64,000 bases of DNA. Source: Eledone cirrhosa (Eukaryota). A model generated the notes under the pieces. It made no database searches and had not been told where the DNA came from. It saw nothing but the letters and a program-made list of their open reading frames with translations. A program made the translations under genes and the position numbers. Positions 34,343 to 48,831 of the stretch are shown here, piece by piece (position 1 is the first letter of the stretch; every line of letters begins with the position of its first letter). The stretch lies in assembly GCA_964016885.1 (NCBI GenBank), contig OZ024740.1:268646001-268710000 (forward strand), read 5' to 3'.

Positions 34343-35425
34343 TTTTCTACTTTTGGCACAAGGCCAGCAATTAACCAGTACATTACTGGTACTTTATTTT
34401 ATCGACCCCGTAAGGATGAAAGGCAAAGTTAACCTCGGCGGGATTTGAACCCAGAACGTAAAGGGCCATAATTGAAAGGCCATTAATTTGAGGGGAAGTA
34501 GGAAAGTCAGGTAAATTGCCCTCAGCTTTACTTGTACTTTACTTGGTCAACCCTGTAGGGATGAAATGCAAAATTAACCTTGGTGGAATTTGAACTCAGA
34601 ACGAAAAAGGCCGTAACTATATGCTGCCAACCATGTTATCCGACACTGCCAATCCACCGAATAATAACAACAGCAACAACAACAACGGCAATAATAATAA
34701 TAATATCTGCAACAATTTTCGAAGGGAAGTCTATGAAATCAACCCCAGTGCGGTACTGGTGCTTTATTTTATGAAAGGCGAAGCTAACCTCGGTGGGATT
34801 TGAATTCAGAACGTAAAGGTCCGTAACTTATACCGCAAAACATGTTGTCCGATGCTCTACCGATACTGCCAGTCCACCGAATAACACAATAACAACAACA
34901 ACAACAATAACAAAAATAATTGCAACAACAACAATGAGAAGAGTGGAAGATGTCTAACATTAAATAATGCTGTTTGACAGCTCCCAATAAAAACGATTAA
35001 ACTAATAACAAAACAAAAATTCAAATCGGAATATTTGATGATGTGACAGGAAAATTATGTAAATAATACTCTTAATAATTATTGATTATTTCCACACTCA
35101 ATTGATGTACTACAAGTTTTCATAGCATCTGACCATCTCATACCACGTATAAACGAACTCTCGAATCACGAACCATAATTGACAACGGGTCCTCATCCAA
35201 ACATCAGAAGCAAAAATTAACAAATAAATCAAGCAAACACCGTATCGTTCAACCCATAGGTAGTAGTGGTTTCTTATATAGGCACAAGGTCAGCAATTTT
35301 GGGGGAGGGTAAGTCGATTAAATTGACCCCAGTGAGTTTACTGGTACTTTATTTTATCGAACCCGTAAGGATGAAAGGCAAAGTTAATCTCGGCGGGATT
35401 TGAACTCAGATCATAAAAGGCCATA
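34343..35425 (-). mobile_element. Cluster of about four minus-strand SINE copies/fragments
   Basis: Repeated ggatgaaaggcaaagttaacctcggcgggatttgaac and ...ctgcca(a/g)tccaccg. Confidence 0.8.
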
Positions 35426-35479
35426 AACACATAGCTAATAGTAATACGGAAATGTGTACTTTAAATTTGGTGCCTATAA

Positions 35480-38400
35480 AGTACGAACATTTTTGCTTGC
35501 ACGTGTCCTCAAAATTAAAACGAAATACACGAATACGAGGAATAGGATGCCAATTTAAAGATAGGGTCGGACTTTACTCCCCAAGTCTTACAAGGGAAAG
35601 GGAAAACGAATAAATGTGTGCAATTGGAATATATTTCTTTTCTGTATGAATATTCATAGCAAAACCTTACACCGAGAATGATAACTCGACGATATACTCG
35701 TATAAAATGTGTAGGGAAAATAACTTAGATCTAAATGTAACATTTGATCCAAAAGACTAACCTAAGAAGATATATCATTAAAAACAAATATACAGAAATT
35801 GGAATACAACTTCTATAAAAAATAACCTACCACGAAAACACAAAGTAAATGAACAAAGACAACTAATAGAAATAGAAGGTAAAACTAACACATACAAAAT
35901 TAATAATGTAATTAACAAAACATGACAAATTCAAACCCTAGAATACTGACTGATACAAAATAAAAATATACACAAAAGGGAATATCAAGAAGAGTTAAGA
36001 AAAGAGAATCTTAAATGTGGAATTCACTCAAGAGTTTCAAACAATAGGTCATCCTACATACTAATAAAAGTACTTCGTCAAACATAATTCCACTATAAAA
36101 AAGCAACAACTATAATAAAACGCTAATCCAGACTTGCCAACCTCTAAAATACCAAATAGGGACTACCATGAAAAGTGCAACAAAACAGGGAGAAATGAAG
36201 TAAAATGGGGAGATTTTACATAATGAAAGCTATACCCATTTTCACAAGAGACGACATCTCTCAACCACCCCAAAGTGGGTGGGAGATCTCGTCGTCAAAC
36301 GGGGAGACTGGACAAGTCTGTTAATCTGGCCATTGTAGACTTAAATAAAAAGACACAAACACAAGCGCAATGCTAAATGGCATGATATAGTAACCACAGT
36401 AACCATAGTAACCACAAAAGAATGTTTGTGTCTTATATTTACTCAATCAGGTTGATTGAAACACAAACAAAGCGGATGGAAAAAGAATTACAGAAACAAT
36501 TAATGGGAGAAAATATCTCCCAATCCAAATTGAAAAGAATAATAAAACAATACAATCTAAAACAAAGGAGGGGCAACAAATACTATAGAACTACAACCTA
36601 AGGAAATAAAATATAACCGAAACCAAAGATTACTTGAAGCAAGAGATTCACGCTAAATCGCAAAGAACCGACTGTGCATCGAATCAGCGATGCATTGATT
36701 CCAACTCAAAACAATTTTGTCAAGAACTTTGTGAAAATGTAATAGTAATCGATGCATTACCAACACCAAGAGAAGTAGATAGTATTTTGATGAGAAGTGT
36801 GAGAAGCTGAAGTGATCATAATGTAATTAACCAGAAACAATGATATTACAGCGAATAAAATTATATTCACTGTAATATCATTGTTTCTAATTAATTATGT
36901 TATATTGTTTCTACAGTTGGCACAAGGCCAGCAATTTACCAGTGCATTACTGGTAATCTATTTTATCGACCCCGTAAGAATGGAAGGCAAAGTTGACCTC
37001 GACGGATTTGAACTCAGACCGTAAAGGAACGTAACTATGCTGGAAAGCATGGCGTCCGACCCTCTACCGATAATGCCAATTCACCGCGAATGCAGCCAAA
37101 TTACAGCGAATATAATGCCGACATTGCAATATATCTCCAGCAACAAACATCTGGATTGCACCAGAACATACAATTCCAATCATCTGGTTAAAATATTTAA
37201 TAGGAAACACAAGAAGAAGAAGAAGAAGAAGAGGCACACACGATACTAGCAGTATATTGTAATGATTGGTGACACATACAGCAACTGACTCTTTCGTCTG
37301 GAGGAACACTTTCTTAGCAACCAAAGATTAAAGATACAGCAAACCCCCAAAACTACATGCCAATAACCTGTCTGTCCTCAGCCTAACAGCATACAAAGCC
37401 TTAACTGCAATAATATGGCAGGTAATAAAAAACGCTAAAATGAACAACCTGTTTTAAGAAGAGCAGAATGGATGCGACAAAGGCACACCGAAAGAGGGTC
37501 CTAACATAATTTTGTTTGTTACTAGAAGACTTGTGACAGTTTTCCCTACACATAGATCATGGAACCACTAAGCATGACCTAGGCGGCATCAATAGTAAGG
37601 AAATACGTCCAATTTTGCAGATACAGACACAAATATAAAAATATATAAAAAAAGCTTATTTCATTTAGAAGAGGAATATTCCAAGTGGACCCTATTTCTT
37701 CACTGGTCTTTAACCAATATGTTAAACAGGAATGGAGCCAAATCGTAATGCTGTAATAAACAAATATTGCCTATATATTCAACATGGACGATCCCATCTT
37801 CTTTACAGCAGATAAATAAGGTGATTTTGGAGAGAGGAAAATTAATTAAAAAACAACAATAAACCGAAATAAGAGAATTTCATCAAACACAGATATGCAA
37901 ACCCGTAGGTGACGATAACCAGATGATGTAAAACACGTAGAAATGAAAATGTGACAGGGAAGGAATATCTCAGAGGCATTAATACTAAATATAAAATTAA
38001 AAAGTAACGCAACATACATCAATATTCCAGTTATCTTAGTAGCACTTTAAAAGTTATAATATTCTTAATAAGTAGCAATAATAGGCCGATAACAAGAAAT
38101 ACTGCTTTCAGAATACAAGACCAAAATATGATATGGAAAATTGATATTTGCCACATATTCGGCAAGGTGTGGATCATATTCAACGAGAAATCTATTACAG
38201 GATAAATATTTTAGAACTACAAAGATATCTACTAAATAATAATGGTTTCTGATTTAGGCACAAGGCCAATCATTTCTGGAGGAGAGGAAGGTTGATTAAA
38301 TCGAAGCCAGTGCGTAACTGGTACTTTAATTTATCGACCCAGTAAAGAATAATGAAAGTTTACTACAAAAGCACGATGAGAAGGAACAGTTGAAATTGTA

Positions 38401-39190
38401 AAAATGTTAAAGTCTAAGCTGAAAGAAGTCTTCGGTATACTATACTAAAACGGTGTGAGGAAAAATCATTACATGATTAATACCCGAAAAGGCTGAACTG
38501 GGAGGAAGTAAACAAGCAGTTGAGGACTCGATGCTGTGACTGAATGATGTTTAATTGAAGTACACGATGAAGCAGAATGCATTAATAATTGCAGAATATG
38601 TGGCAATAGGAAAGAAACAACCACGTTGGCTCTGTCAGCCTAGTATTAGCTAAATAATATATGTTCAAGTATGTCAGAGTTGAGAATTGCATACATAAAT
38701 TTATATCCGGTATTAGAGAATAGCAACAGAAATGATATAGTAAAGACATAGTCTAGACAATATCTCAGAAAATTACAAAGCAAACATACTTTGAGATAGC
38801 CTAACACATAGAGGCATGAAGTCCAAGAGTCAAAGACCACCATGAGGAGACATGCTTCCTAATCGATGGGTCAGTAATCACAAATGACAATGTATCTCTC
38901 AAAGAGATGAAAACCATAGTCAAATATAAGGATCTGCAAATAGAGATAACTCGAATTTAGACATAGAAAACAGAAAAGGAAAAATGTTTAATGATAATAG
39001 GCTCTTTTAGAATATGAAATACAACAGTAAGGCAGATACATAACCCAGACGCCCAGCATACAGAAAATAGCACTACTAGGCATACCAAAAACAAACAAAA
39101 AATTAATGAGAATACTTTCAATGTATTAGAACACCACAACAAAACCCTGCACATTGTTAAGGCATACAGAACTGTGTTTGGTACGGCAGA
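35480..39190 (+). mobile_element. Highly decayed R4/Dong-type non-LTR retrotransposon interrupted by SINEs; boundaries approximate
   Basis: Residual NYMPITCL (~37352), RGIFQ (~37670), MDD (~37785), CFLID...NDNVSLKE...KYKDLQIEITR (~38853-38955). Confidence 0.65.
36906..37087 (-). mobile_element. tRNA-derived SINE
   Basis: Reverse complement of the 18390 family. Confidence 0.85.
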
Positions 39191-39894
39191 GACAGCATGG
39201 AATATGACTACTGAATAATATTTTCTTTAAAATCTTTTAGATTTAGGCATAAAATCAGTAATATTGTACGGAGCTTACCATCTTTTATATCAACAACAGT
39301 ACTTAACTGGTACTTTAGTTTATCGAGATCGGAAGGATAAAAGACAAATCAACCACAGCTGGATTTGAATTCAGAACGTAAAGTGTCCAAATGTTTTGTC
39401 CAACATACTAATTATTTTATCAAATCATCACCATAGAAATGATAATAGTGATTTCAAATTTAGATGCAAGGCTAGTTACATTTTGAGGGAATCGATGACA
39501 TAGACATTAGTGTTTTACTTGTACTTTATTTTATCAACCTCGATGAGATAAAAGGTAAAGTTGATCTCAACAGGTCTTAGACTCACTACCTAAGAGATCG
39601 TAACAAAATATCGCGATGTATTTTTCCAATGAAATATTCATGCAAGTGTCAGACATAATAGTTTCCCGGTCGTTTGTGGGAGTTTACCACAACATTTTCA
39701 GTAAAATTAATGGTAAATTAAATACTGCTGAGCCGCCACATATTGTTTGTGTTAACATATGGAAGAGAGCTAACAAAATCAGAAATATATTTAATAAAAT
39801 AGATGAACATATAATTTCCTATTATCGGTACGCATCAACGTTAAATATATATGTATATATATATACACAAACACAAACACACACATATATATTT

Positions 39895-39926
<32 letters not shown>

Positions 39927-39928
39927 TT

Positions 39929-40012
<84 letters not shown>

Positions 40013-40105
40013 GTACACACACTCACACACACATATATATATATATATATGGATGTGTATATTAGGTATTAAATTAACTATGATAATAAAAACAACAAAG
40101 TCATT

Positions 40106-40228
40106 GTTTTACGATCGTTTCGGACGGTCGATCAATATTGACATATTGTCTGATCTATAGCAGTTGCATAACTGTATACTATCATACCTCATATATAGGT
40201 TCGATCAGACCGTCTACCATCAGAGGTG
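40106..40228 (-). ncRNA. Degenerate HHR-like motif with long stem II
   Basis: CTGATGG-t-agacggtc...gaccgtcc-GAAA-cgatcg-TA; stem I not paired. Confidence 0.45.
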
Positions 40229-40575
40229 GACCACACTATATATATATACATACATACATGTATATATATATATAGGAGTGAAGAATAACATGGATCGGCT
40301 ATACAGTAGAGTTATTCCTACTGCATAGCCGATCCGTGTTATTCTTCAACCTTCATTATTAATACTCTAGGAGCCGCTTACATAGGAACTTTCTGGAACA
40401 TCTTGTTGAGTCAAAGAACGCCGAATGTTAGAACCATCCACGATACAGAGTACTCATAACCTCTACTTGGATTGCCTTAAACGATACCTCGTTAATTTTA
40501 TATATATATTTTCTGACGGAGATCATCACTAGTTATTAATATCGATGTAATTTTTATATCGATATTGCATCAGCA

Positions 40576-40698
40576 TCCACTGATGAGTTATAAGAGCCGG
40601 CTTGTATGTATATCTATGGATTATATACAAGTTTCTACATAACTTGGACATTATTTATCCCAACTTGTAGAAATCTTATAACGAAACGATCGTATGGA
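40576..40698 (+). ncRNA. Type I HHR with branched ~96-nt stem II domain
   Basis: tcca-CTGATGA-gttataaga...tcttataac-GAAA-cgatcg-TA-tgga; internal hairpins cttgtat.../...atacaag and tttctaca.../...tgtagaaa. Confidence 0.85.
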
Positions 40699-41168
40699 AA
40701 GAAAGAGAGATTTATTTAATTATGTCTCATATAAAATAATACAACCAACTATCCACGGAATACTATATAGTTAGCACCCCAAACACAGAATTGGGATTAT
40801 ACTTAGGTAAATCCTAATGTTTGTTGAGTGAGATGGAGTTGGTCAGAGTATCGCTTAAAGCTTTCTCTGTTAATGTATTAAATATATATATATATATGTA
40901 GGAGGTGAGTTTTATTTTAGTACAATAAAGCAATGCAGATATCGGATAAGAAGCACTCTACAGTTTGTAGGACTGGAGTATACATAATATATAAGATCAA
41001 AAGATGGTTAAAAGAGTTCCATGTATTTTATTATGCGCATTTCAAAAACAAACATCATCATGCAATAATATTTGTGTTTTCATCTGATAAAATAGGAAGA
41101 CATGATATGAAGGTTAAAAAACACTTGTGAATAGTGCAGATTTAAATCAACATATCATATGTTGATTT

Positions 41169-41236
<68 letters not shown>

Positions 41237-41248
41237 ATATATATATAA

Positions 41249-41420
<172 letters not shown>

Positions 41421-41517
41421 CAAAGATTAGTATGGTTCGTTGATTACTCAATGAATATAATTTTGCAATTCATTAGAAGCACTCAACAGTTAAAAAAAAA
41501 ATTTCCTGGAGTTTTTA

Positions 41518-41745
41518 ATATTATTCAAAATATTAACAGATGAACAAATATTCTCACAATCAAAATAAATACTTTATTATATATATTTCAAAGGTACTGT
41601 GTTGTTTTTTTAGTCCGTCCTGATCAGACAAAATATGATTTGATATGACATAATCAAAACCATAGCGGTATGTCATATATATAATAAAGTATATATTTTG
41701 ATTATGAGAATATTTTTCATATGTTAATATTTTGAATAATATATA
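41518..41745. repeat. AT-rich inverted repeat (~65-bp arms)
   Basis: tattattcaaaatattaaca... versus ...tgttaatattttgaataata. Confidence 0.75.
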
Positions 41746-43006
41746 TATTTATATATATATATAGTTTCTACTTTTTGGCACAAGGCCAGCAATTACCCAG
41801 TGCATTACTGGTACTTTATTTTATCGACCCCGTGTGTGTGTGTGTGAGTGTGCAAGTATGTATACATATATTTATATATGCATGCATGGATATAATGCTG
41901 TGTATTATTCATTCCGGCTCTCCGCTCTCTCTCTTTCTCTCTCTCTCCTCTCTCTTTGCATCTCTCTCTCAGATCAGTTTCTACTGAAGTCAACGTTGAC
42001 TTTCTTCTTTTCGAGGTTGAAAAAAATGTACCACTCAATAATTAAGTCAAATCCTCCTCTCTTTCTTTCTATATATATTTATCACTTCCTTTCTCCCTCT
42101 TCAACACTCTCTCTCTTCTCTGGAAATGATCGGCTGTCCTCCGCTCTGCAGAGTGAATGAACTCCTCCCGGTCCATAATTGCATATGTTCCAACGGCGCT
42201 CCCCTCCTACAATTCCACCACGCGTTTCGGCCTCATACATACATAGATATTATTATGTACTTGTTCATAATACCCATATTTTACTTGCTATCTTCATATA
42301 TCTTATGTATATTATTTTTTCATTGGACTATAATTTAAAATTTAGCCTAAATCTAATGCTATAGCATTAATGTAATTATTGATTTTATATTTATATATAT
42401 TTCAGCAACGAATCGTGCATCTATCTCTCGTTATTTGCTTTTTCATATAATCTTCATAATTTCATTTTATATTTCTTATAATTTGTACAATTATGTAATT
42501 TACCCCGCAACTCTGCATCTTTTAGACGACTTTCATTTTCCTTTTGACCATTTTCTAATTTTCCTTTCCATTTTATCATCTTTTCCAATTTAAACACACC
42601 AACTACTTTAAGGGGTAGAGGCATAGTGTTATAATGACACCAGTATTTCACTGGTATCTTATTTTTTATCAATTCCGAAAATGAAAGGCCATATTGACCT
42701 CGGTGGGATTTAAAACCAGAATATAGACCCTTAACGAAAAATTGCATTGCATTTCAACCAATCCCATACCAATTTATGACATTTTGTAATTTTTTAATGA
42801 TCGTACATTATAATTATTATTATATCTAGAATTATCAATTGTAGAGTCTTGCTTCACATCTTTTATCTGTAATTCAATGTCTTGTCATATCCATTATACA
42901 GACTATATATACATACACACATACACACACATATATATATATATACATATATATACAGTTATATAGATAGATAGATAGATATACACATACATACATACAC
43001 ATGCAT

Positions 43007-43049
<43 letters not shown>

Positions 43050-43184
43050 GATAGATAGATAGATATATACACATACAGACATACACATGCATACACACAC
43101 ACACACACATATATATAGAGATAGATATGAAAGACGTAAAATAAGAAAATTTAAAAAATTAAAAATTAACTTACTAAAATTTTC

Positions 43185-43266
43185 ACTCCAACTAATTAGT
43201 TTCTGTAAGGGAATAAATATAGTTACGTAACGAAACTATAGAGAAGTCCTTACGTCATCAGGGAGT
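43185..43266 (-). ncRNA. Type I HHR with extended stem II, within non-coding repeat 43125-43640
   Basis: actcc-CTGATGA-c-gtaagg...ccttac-a-GAAA-ctaattag-TT-ggagt. Confidence 0.82.
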
Positions 43267-43639
43267 CTATTCTCAGCTAAGTTCCCAGGCAATGCGCGGA
43301 CACTAGGAATCCATATAAAAATAATAATTCAGTGGATGGAATAAAGCTAGCGGGGACTAAATTCCAGGGCACTGAAAAAATTCACTGCCTACTTGGTCAG
43401 TGGCAAATTTTAAAGAATCAATCACGTGACACTGAGGTAAATCAGTGAGGAATGGGGTGGTATTATGACAAGAGCCTAACTACTACCATGAACCATAGCA
43501 GTAAATTTTTGCAAGTTTTGCTCAACAAATAATTTGGAGATAAATATAGAGAATTAGTATATCTACCAACATATGTATACAGATGTATACCCATGCTAGC
43601 AAATATAACCACAAAGGTACTAAGACATAACATATATAT

Positions 43640-45620
43640 TTGATGGGTTTGTGGTAGGGGTTGCCCACGTCTTGTGAAAATTTATTTTTTAGGTCATTAT
43701 AGGTTTCCATAGAAACCCTTATAAGTTTAAGGTGCGGAGACGATTCTGCCTTAACGAACGTTTTGGCCTCCGTCTCCACCTTGGGGTTTGGGAGATGACC
43801 TCCATCAAATTCTTATTGTTTGTGTTGATGTATGCGTATTGTTGTTTGTGTTTTTGTTGTGTTGTTTTATTTTGTTGTTCGTCCGGGAGTTTTCTTTTTA
43901 TGGTGGGTGCTTGTGTTTGGGGTGGTGTTGGTGCTGGTTTTGCTGATAGGGGGGTGTTTGACTGTGGTGTTGTTTGTGTTGTTGTTTGTGTCTGTGGTTG
44001 TGTGTTGGTGTTGGTGATTGGAGTCTTGGGGGTTTTGTGGCGTCTCTTTTTTTGTTTTTTAGATTTCCGCGGTTCTCCCTCTTCTTCACTTAAAGAAGGA
44101 GAAGCAGCTTCATCCGTCGATGAATAATCATCGTCAGGTGTGTGTGGTAAGGGTATGTTGTGGAGTGGTGGTGTTTCGGTGTGTGTGTTTGTGGTAGTGT
44201 TTGATGGAGTGGGATGGAGTTGGGTTGTGTTCTTCAGAGGTGTTGTCTCTGTTTTTTCTGTTGTAGTTGGTTGAGTGTCTGTTTGTTTTGGTGTGGTTGC
44301 TCGTTTCGTCTATCGTTGTACTTGTGGTGGTGGTGGTTGCTTTGGTGTTGGTGTTGGTAATAGCGTTTTTTTTATGATGTTGTTATTGTGTGTTTGTGAA
44401 CAAGAGGTTTTTAGGTGAGCTGTGCTACCACAGCGAAAGCAATGAAATGTTCGTCCTTCTACCGAAATGTTTATTTTGTTGTTATTATCAATAACAACTC
44501 TTTCGGGTATTTTGGAGATTCTCTCCGGTTTCATTTGCAACAGAATCTCCAAATCTGTGCCCGCCCACCTTTGTCGAATATATTTTCGTACCGAAAGTAC
44601 CATATCAGTTTCTGGCTCTACGAAGCCAGCCAAGATCCACCAGATGTTAATGTTTGGAGGTATGTTTTTTTATTTTAATTTTTTGTGTCCTTTTCCCCAT
44701 GTATGTAGGGAAAAAGGTGTATGCTTGTGTCACAGAGTTTTTTGGGGCGAGTGCCTCGCTTTTAAACAGTACGGAAACACTTCCGTACTGTTTTCCTCGC
44801 TGGAGAAAATCAACATTTACTAGAATTTCCTTGAAAGTATCTTCTATATCTGCTTGGTTAACAAATGTCGGCTTTCTTGTGGAATTTGACATTCCTAAAG
44901 GTGACTGATCTGCGGATTGTGTCTTCCTCTATTTCAAGGGGTGAGTTAATTCTAAACACACCTCTTTCTTCGAAAGTTACAAATTTTCTCCCTTGCTGGA
45001 GCATATCTCTTGCGTTGGAGATATCAATATTTATAAAATCTTGTTTTTTGTTCACTGTTTCAGCGAAAGACATTTTCTTTTTTTGTGTGGTGTTGCTGTT
45101 GTTGTTGTTATCGTTGTTGGAAATCTCAATTCCTTGTCGAGGTGAAACATTATGTGTATATGTATCTGTAGAGTTGTTGATGTCTTTTTCATGTGTATGT
45201 ATGTAAATGGGTTTAATTCCTGTGTTTTCCTGTGTGTTATTGTTATTTTTCTCCGCTTCGACGGTATAAATTTTAAAATTTTCAAGTGTTAATATATTTT
45301 TCTCTTTGTTTACACTTGTATCTATGGCGACGTCCATAGTAGCAGAAGCAGATATAACGTTAATATCTGCCTCTTTCTCTATTAACGTTCTCCAGCGTTC
45401 TTGTGTTGCTCAAGTTATTTCGTTTGTAAAATCTGATATTTTAAAACAAATTTTTAAAATAAAATGTTCGCCCCTACAGGGGCGAAAAATGGGATTACCA
45501 CCCACTTGATAAATCAGCTTGGGGGTTAATCTACAAAGTGTTATGTTTTTTCAAACAATTAGTTCGGTTTTTTGCATAGAAATTAACAAAAAAGCTTACC
45601 GGCGATGTTCCACACGTCAG
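43640..45620 (-). pseudogene. Frameshifted ORF1/gag-like gene (L1/Tx1-type ORF1-like) with CCHC knuckle; no RT adjacent
   Basis: Consecutive frames 45337-44858, 44892-44647, 44633-44310; KKMSFAETV motif; VEGRTFHCFRCGSTAHLKTSC (Cx2Cx4Hx4C); T/P/Q-rich tail. Confidence 0.65.
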
Positions 45621-45622
45621 AC

Positions 45623-45659
<37 letters not shown>

Positions 45660-46576
45660 TACACATGTATACACACACACACACGCACACACACACACAC
45701 ACATATATTTTTATCTTTTCTTTAAAACCCGATTAGCTTGATCGCTTTTTTTGGCGTGGTGGTTAATGGCATAACTATCATGTTAGTTTTTTATGGCATT
45801 TTTAACGTATGTTTATTGCTCTGGATCTTTCATATCTATCGAGCGCTTGCCAACACAAATCGAAGGTTCCTTTTTTGCTGTTTTTCTACTCGCCGAAATG
45901 CGATTCTCGCTAAATTATATTTGTATTAATTTCCCGAGTCTAGCAATTAACCAGTTAATTTTTTGGCCTCTTTAGGTTAATTTTTTTGACTTTTTTTAGT
46001 AAATTCCATTGATTGATTAATCACTTAAGTTTGTTTTAAAAACTAACTAGTTGAGAACTTATTCGTTTTGTGAAATTTGCAATTTTGAAAAACCACATAC
46101 TGAATTCATTCGCCAAAACTAGGGGTTTCCTCCCCTTAAGGTGCACATGTGCTTTCAAATTCAGAATACTGTGAGATTCAAAGCCAGGCGCAGAACAATG
46201 ACCTGTTGAAAAAGTGACATCCTTGTTCGATCACCATACCAAAAGCTTATTATTATTATTTTTTAAGCAGACAATATTAGGATTTAGGAGTCGCAGAAAC
46301 CCTGTATTGGATGTTAACATCATTTCCGAGGATCCGGGTAATATTTTCAATTTTATCTTTTTGTTTAAATCCTCGCTAAATTATATTTATACATATATAT
46401 ATATAGATAAAGAATTAGTATATCTACCAACATATATATACAGATGCATACCTATGCTAGCAAATATATATGTTTTGTCTTAGTAACTTTGTGGTTCAAT
46501 GCAAGGGATGCAGAACAATTATATGAAAGACGTAAAATAAGAAAATGATAAAAATTAACTTACTTACTAAAATTTC

Positions 46577-46658
46577 ACTCCAACTAATTAATTTCTGAAA
46601 GGGAATAAACATGGTTTCCAAATGGAAAGCATGGAAAAGCCTCTCGTCATCAGGAAGT
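46577..46658 (-). ncRNA. Type I HHR, diverged homologue of 43185-43266, within repeat ~46410-46900
   Basis: acttc-CTGATGA-c-gagagg...cctttc-a-GAAA-ttaattag-TT-ggagt. Confidence 0.78.
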
Positions 46659-46902
46659 CTGTTCTCAGCTAAGTTCCCAGGCGATGCGTGGACACAGGGA
46701 ACTTATGCAAAAATAATTCAGTGGATGGAAAAAAGCAAGCGTGGACTAAATTCCAAGACTCCTCACTGATTAACCTCGATGTCACGTGATTGATTCTTTT
46801 GAATTTGCCACCGACCAAGTAGGCAGTGATTTTTTCAATGTCTTGGAATTTAGTCCACGCTTGCTTTTTTCCATCCACTGAATTATTTTTGTATAAGTTC
46901 CC

Positions 46903-48756
46903 GCCAATGGATGCTCCCTCATTTTGGGTGTAGATCTTCTTGAGAAGATCTACACCCAAAATAAGGGAGCAGCCATTGGCGTGAGCATAGCTGGTGATGT
47001 TGCCAAACTTTTCATGGTATGGTGGGAAAGGAGACTTAAAGATCTCCTTAATGAGAGCTCCATAGACCTCATCATGTACTCTCGTTACGTAGACGATATC
47101 AATATAGTTATAAGAACATCCCCACTAGAGAGCACTAACAAGTTTGATTTAGAACGTAGCACAATGGAATGCATCCAGCAGATAGCTAATTCCATACACC
47201 AGAGTATAACTGTAACTATCGACTTCCCTTCCAAACACCCTAACAATAGACTACCTGTATTAGACACGGAACTCTGGATTAACACTATAGACGAGAGAAC
47301 CCAAATTCTCCACTCACACTATGCTAAACCCATGGCCTCCAAATACCTGATACTCAAAAACTCAGCAATGTCCAGTAGTGCTAAGTTTAATATTCTGATC
47401 GCAGATTTGGTACGAGTGATGAAGAATGTGTCCCGCATGTGCGACCCAACAGAAATGGAAAGACACATCCAACACTTCATCAACCGCATGCAGTTCTCTG
47501 GCTACAACCAAAGAGACAGTGTCAGAGTATACGAAGGAGCCATGGAGAAGTATAAGACCCTCATAGAACTGGACATGAAAGGAATTTGCCCATTATACAG
47601 GAGCAAATCATGGAATAGCTTAGATAGGGCTAGACATAAGATAGGGAAAGCCACCTCATAGTACGACAACCAGAGATACCAAAGTGTCATGTTTGTGGAC
47701 GCTACCCCTGGCGGGAAATTAGCTAACCAGTGTAGAAAGGCCCTGAGAAAGACCCACTTAAAGATTAAGGTGGTAGAAAAGCCAGGAACCACCATAAAAT
47801 CCCTGATCAGCAAAACCTACCCTTTTAAGAGAACCCACTGTACTAATAGAAAATGTATCATATGTAAGGTAAACCACCGGATAAACTTAAAACTAGAAAC
47901 GTAGTCTATAGCATAAGATGTACAGAGGGTACTTGCAGAAACATGACAACAACATACATAGGCGAGACAGCTCGTCGTATTGGTGAAAGGATAGACCAAC
48001 ACTGGGGGGAACTAAAAGGACGAAAAAACGGGTCAGTACTATATGAACATGCCAGACAACAACACGACGGTAACATAGACAACATAGAAATTAGAATAAT
48101 ATCTAAACAGAGAAATGACCCAGCAGATAGGCAAATCAGAGAGGCCAGTGAAATAGAACTTAGAAGGCCAAGACTAAACAGAAAGAATGAATAGAATAAC
48201 AACAACACCCAAACAAACAACACTGACCTAAGAGAAGTATAAATAAATAAATAAATAGATAAATAAATAAATAAATACATACACAAGCACAATAACAACA
48301 ACACATATAAACACACACTAGTAAAGATAGAATACATAGAATACATAGAATACATAGAATACAATCACGAACACGCATCAAACAAAACACTATACACACA
48401 TGCAAACGCATGCGCAAAGAAGACAAAATAAAATAAACAAACAAACAAATAAATAAATAAATATATAGACAGACTAAATAAAAATGGCGTAGACATACAA
48501 TGTAACGGGAGGAAACGATAGCACCACTGACGATGTTGCAGATGTGCAACGAAAGAACTTTGATTAACTATATATATGTGTTTGTGTCTATATTGTATCT
48601 GTATTATTTTTGACCGTCGGTCAGTCAATGGCAACATTGAGGACCGAATAAATTAGATTACCGATATAAAAGACACAGAAGCGAAAACCAACCAAACAGT
48701 GAGTGTGTTCTGTTATTAATTCTGGCAATATTACACAAATATGACCCTCTCCAAGT

Positions 48757-48760
<4 letters not shown>
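46903..48760 (+). mobile_element. Second Penelope-like retroelement (same clade), 5'-truncated with short 5' inversion
   Basis: GAAIGVSIAGDVAKLFM, YSRYVDDI, PNNRLPVLD; CTNRKCIIC; YIGETARRIGER; palindrome 46903-46980; ends atgaccctctccaagtacaa|(TA)n. Confidence 0.92.
48523..48564 (+). ncRNA. Minimal HHR-like motif in the PLE 3' repeat
   Basis: CTGACGA-t-gttgca(gatg)tgcaac-GAAA-gaac-TT; weak stem I; same position as in the first PLE. Confidence 0.55.
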
Positions 48761-48831
<71 letters not shown>

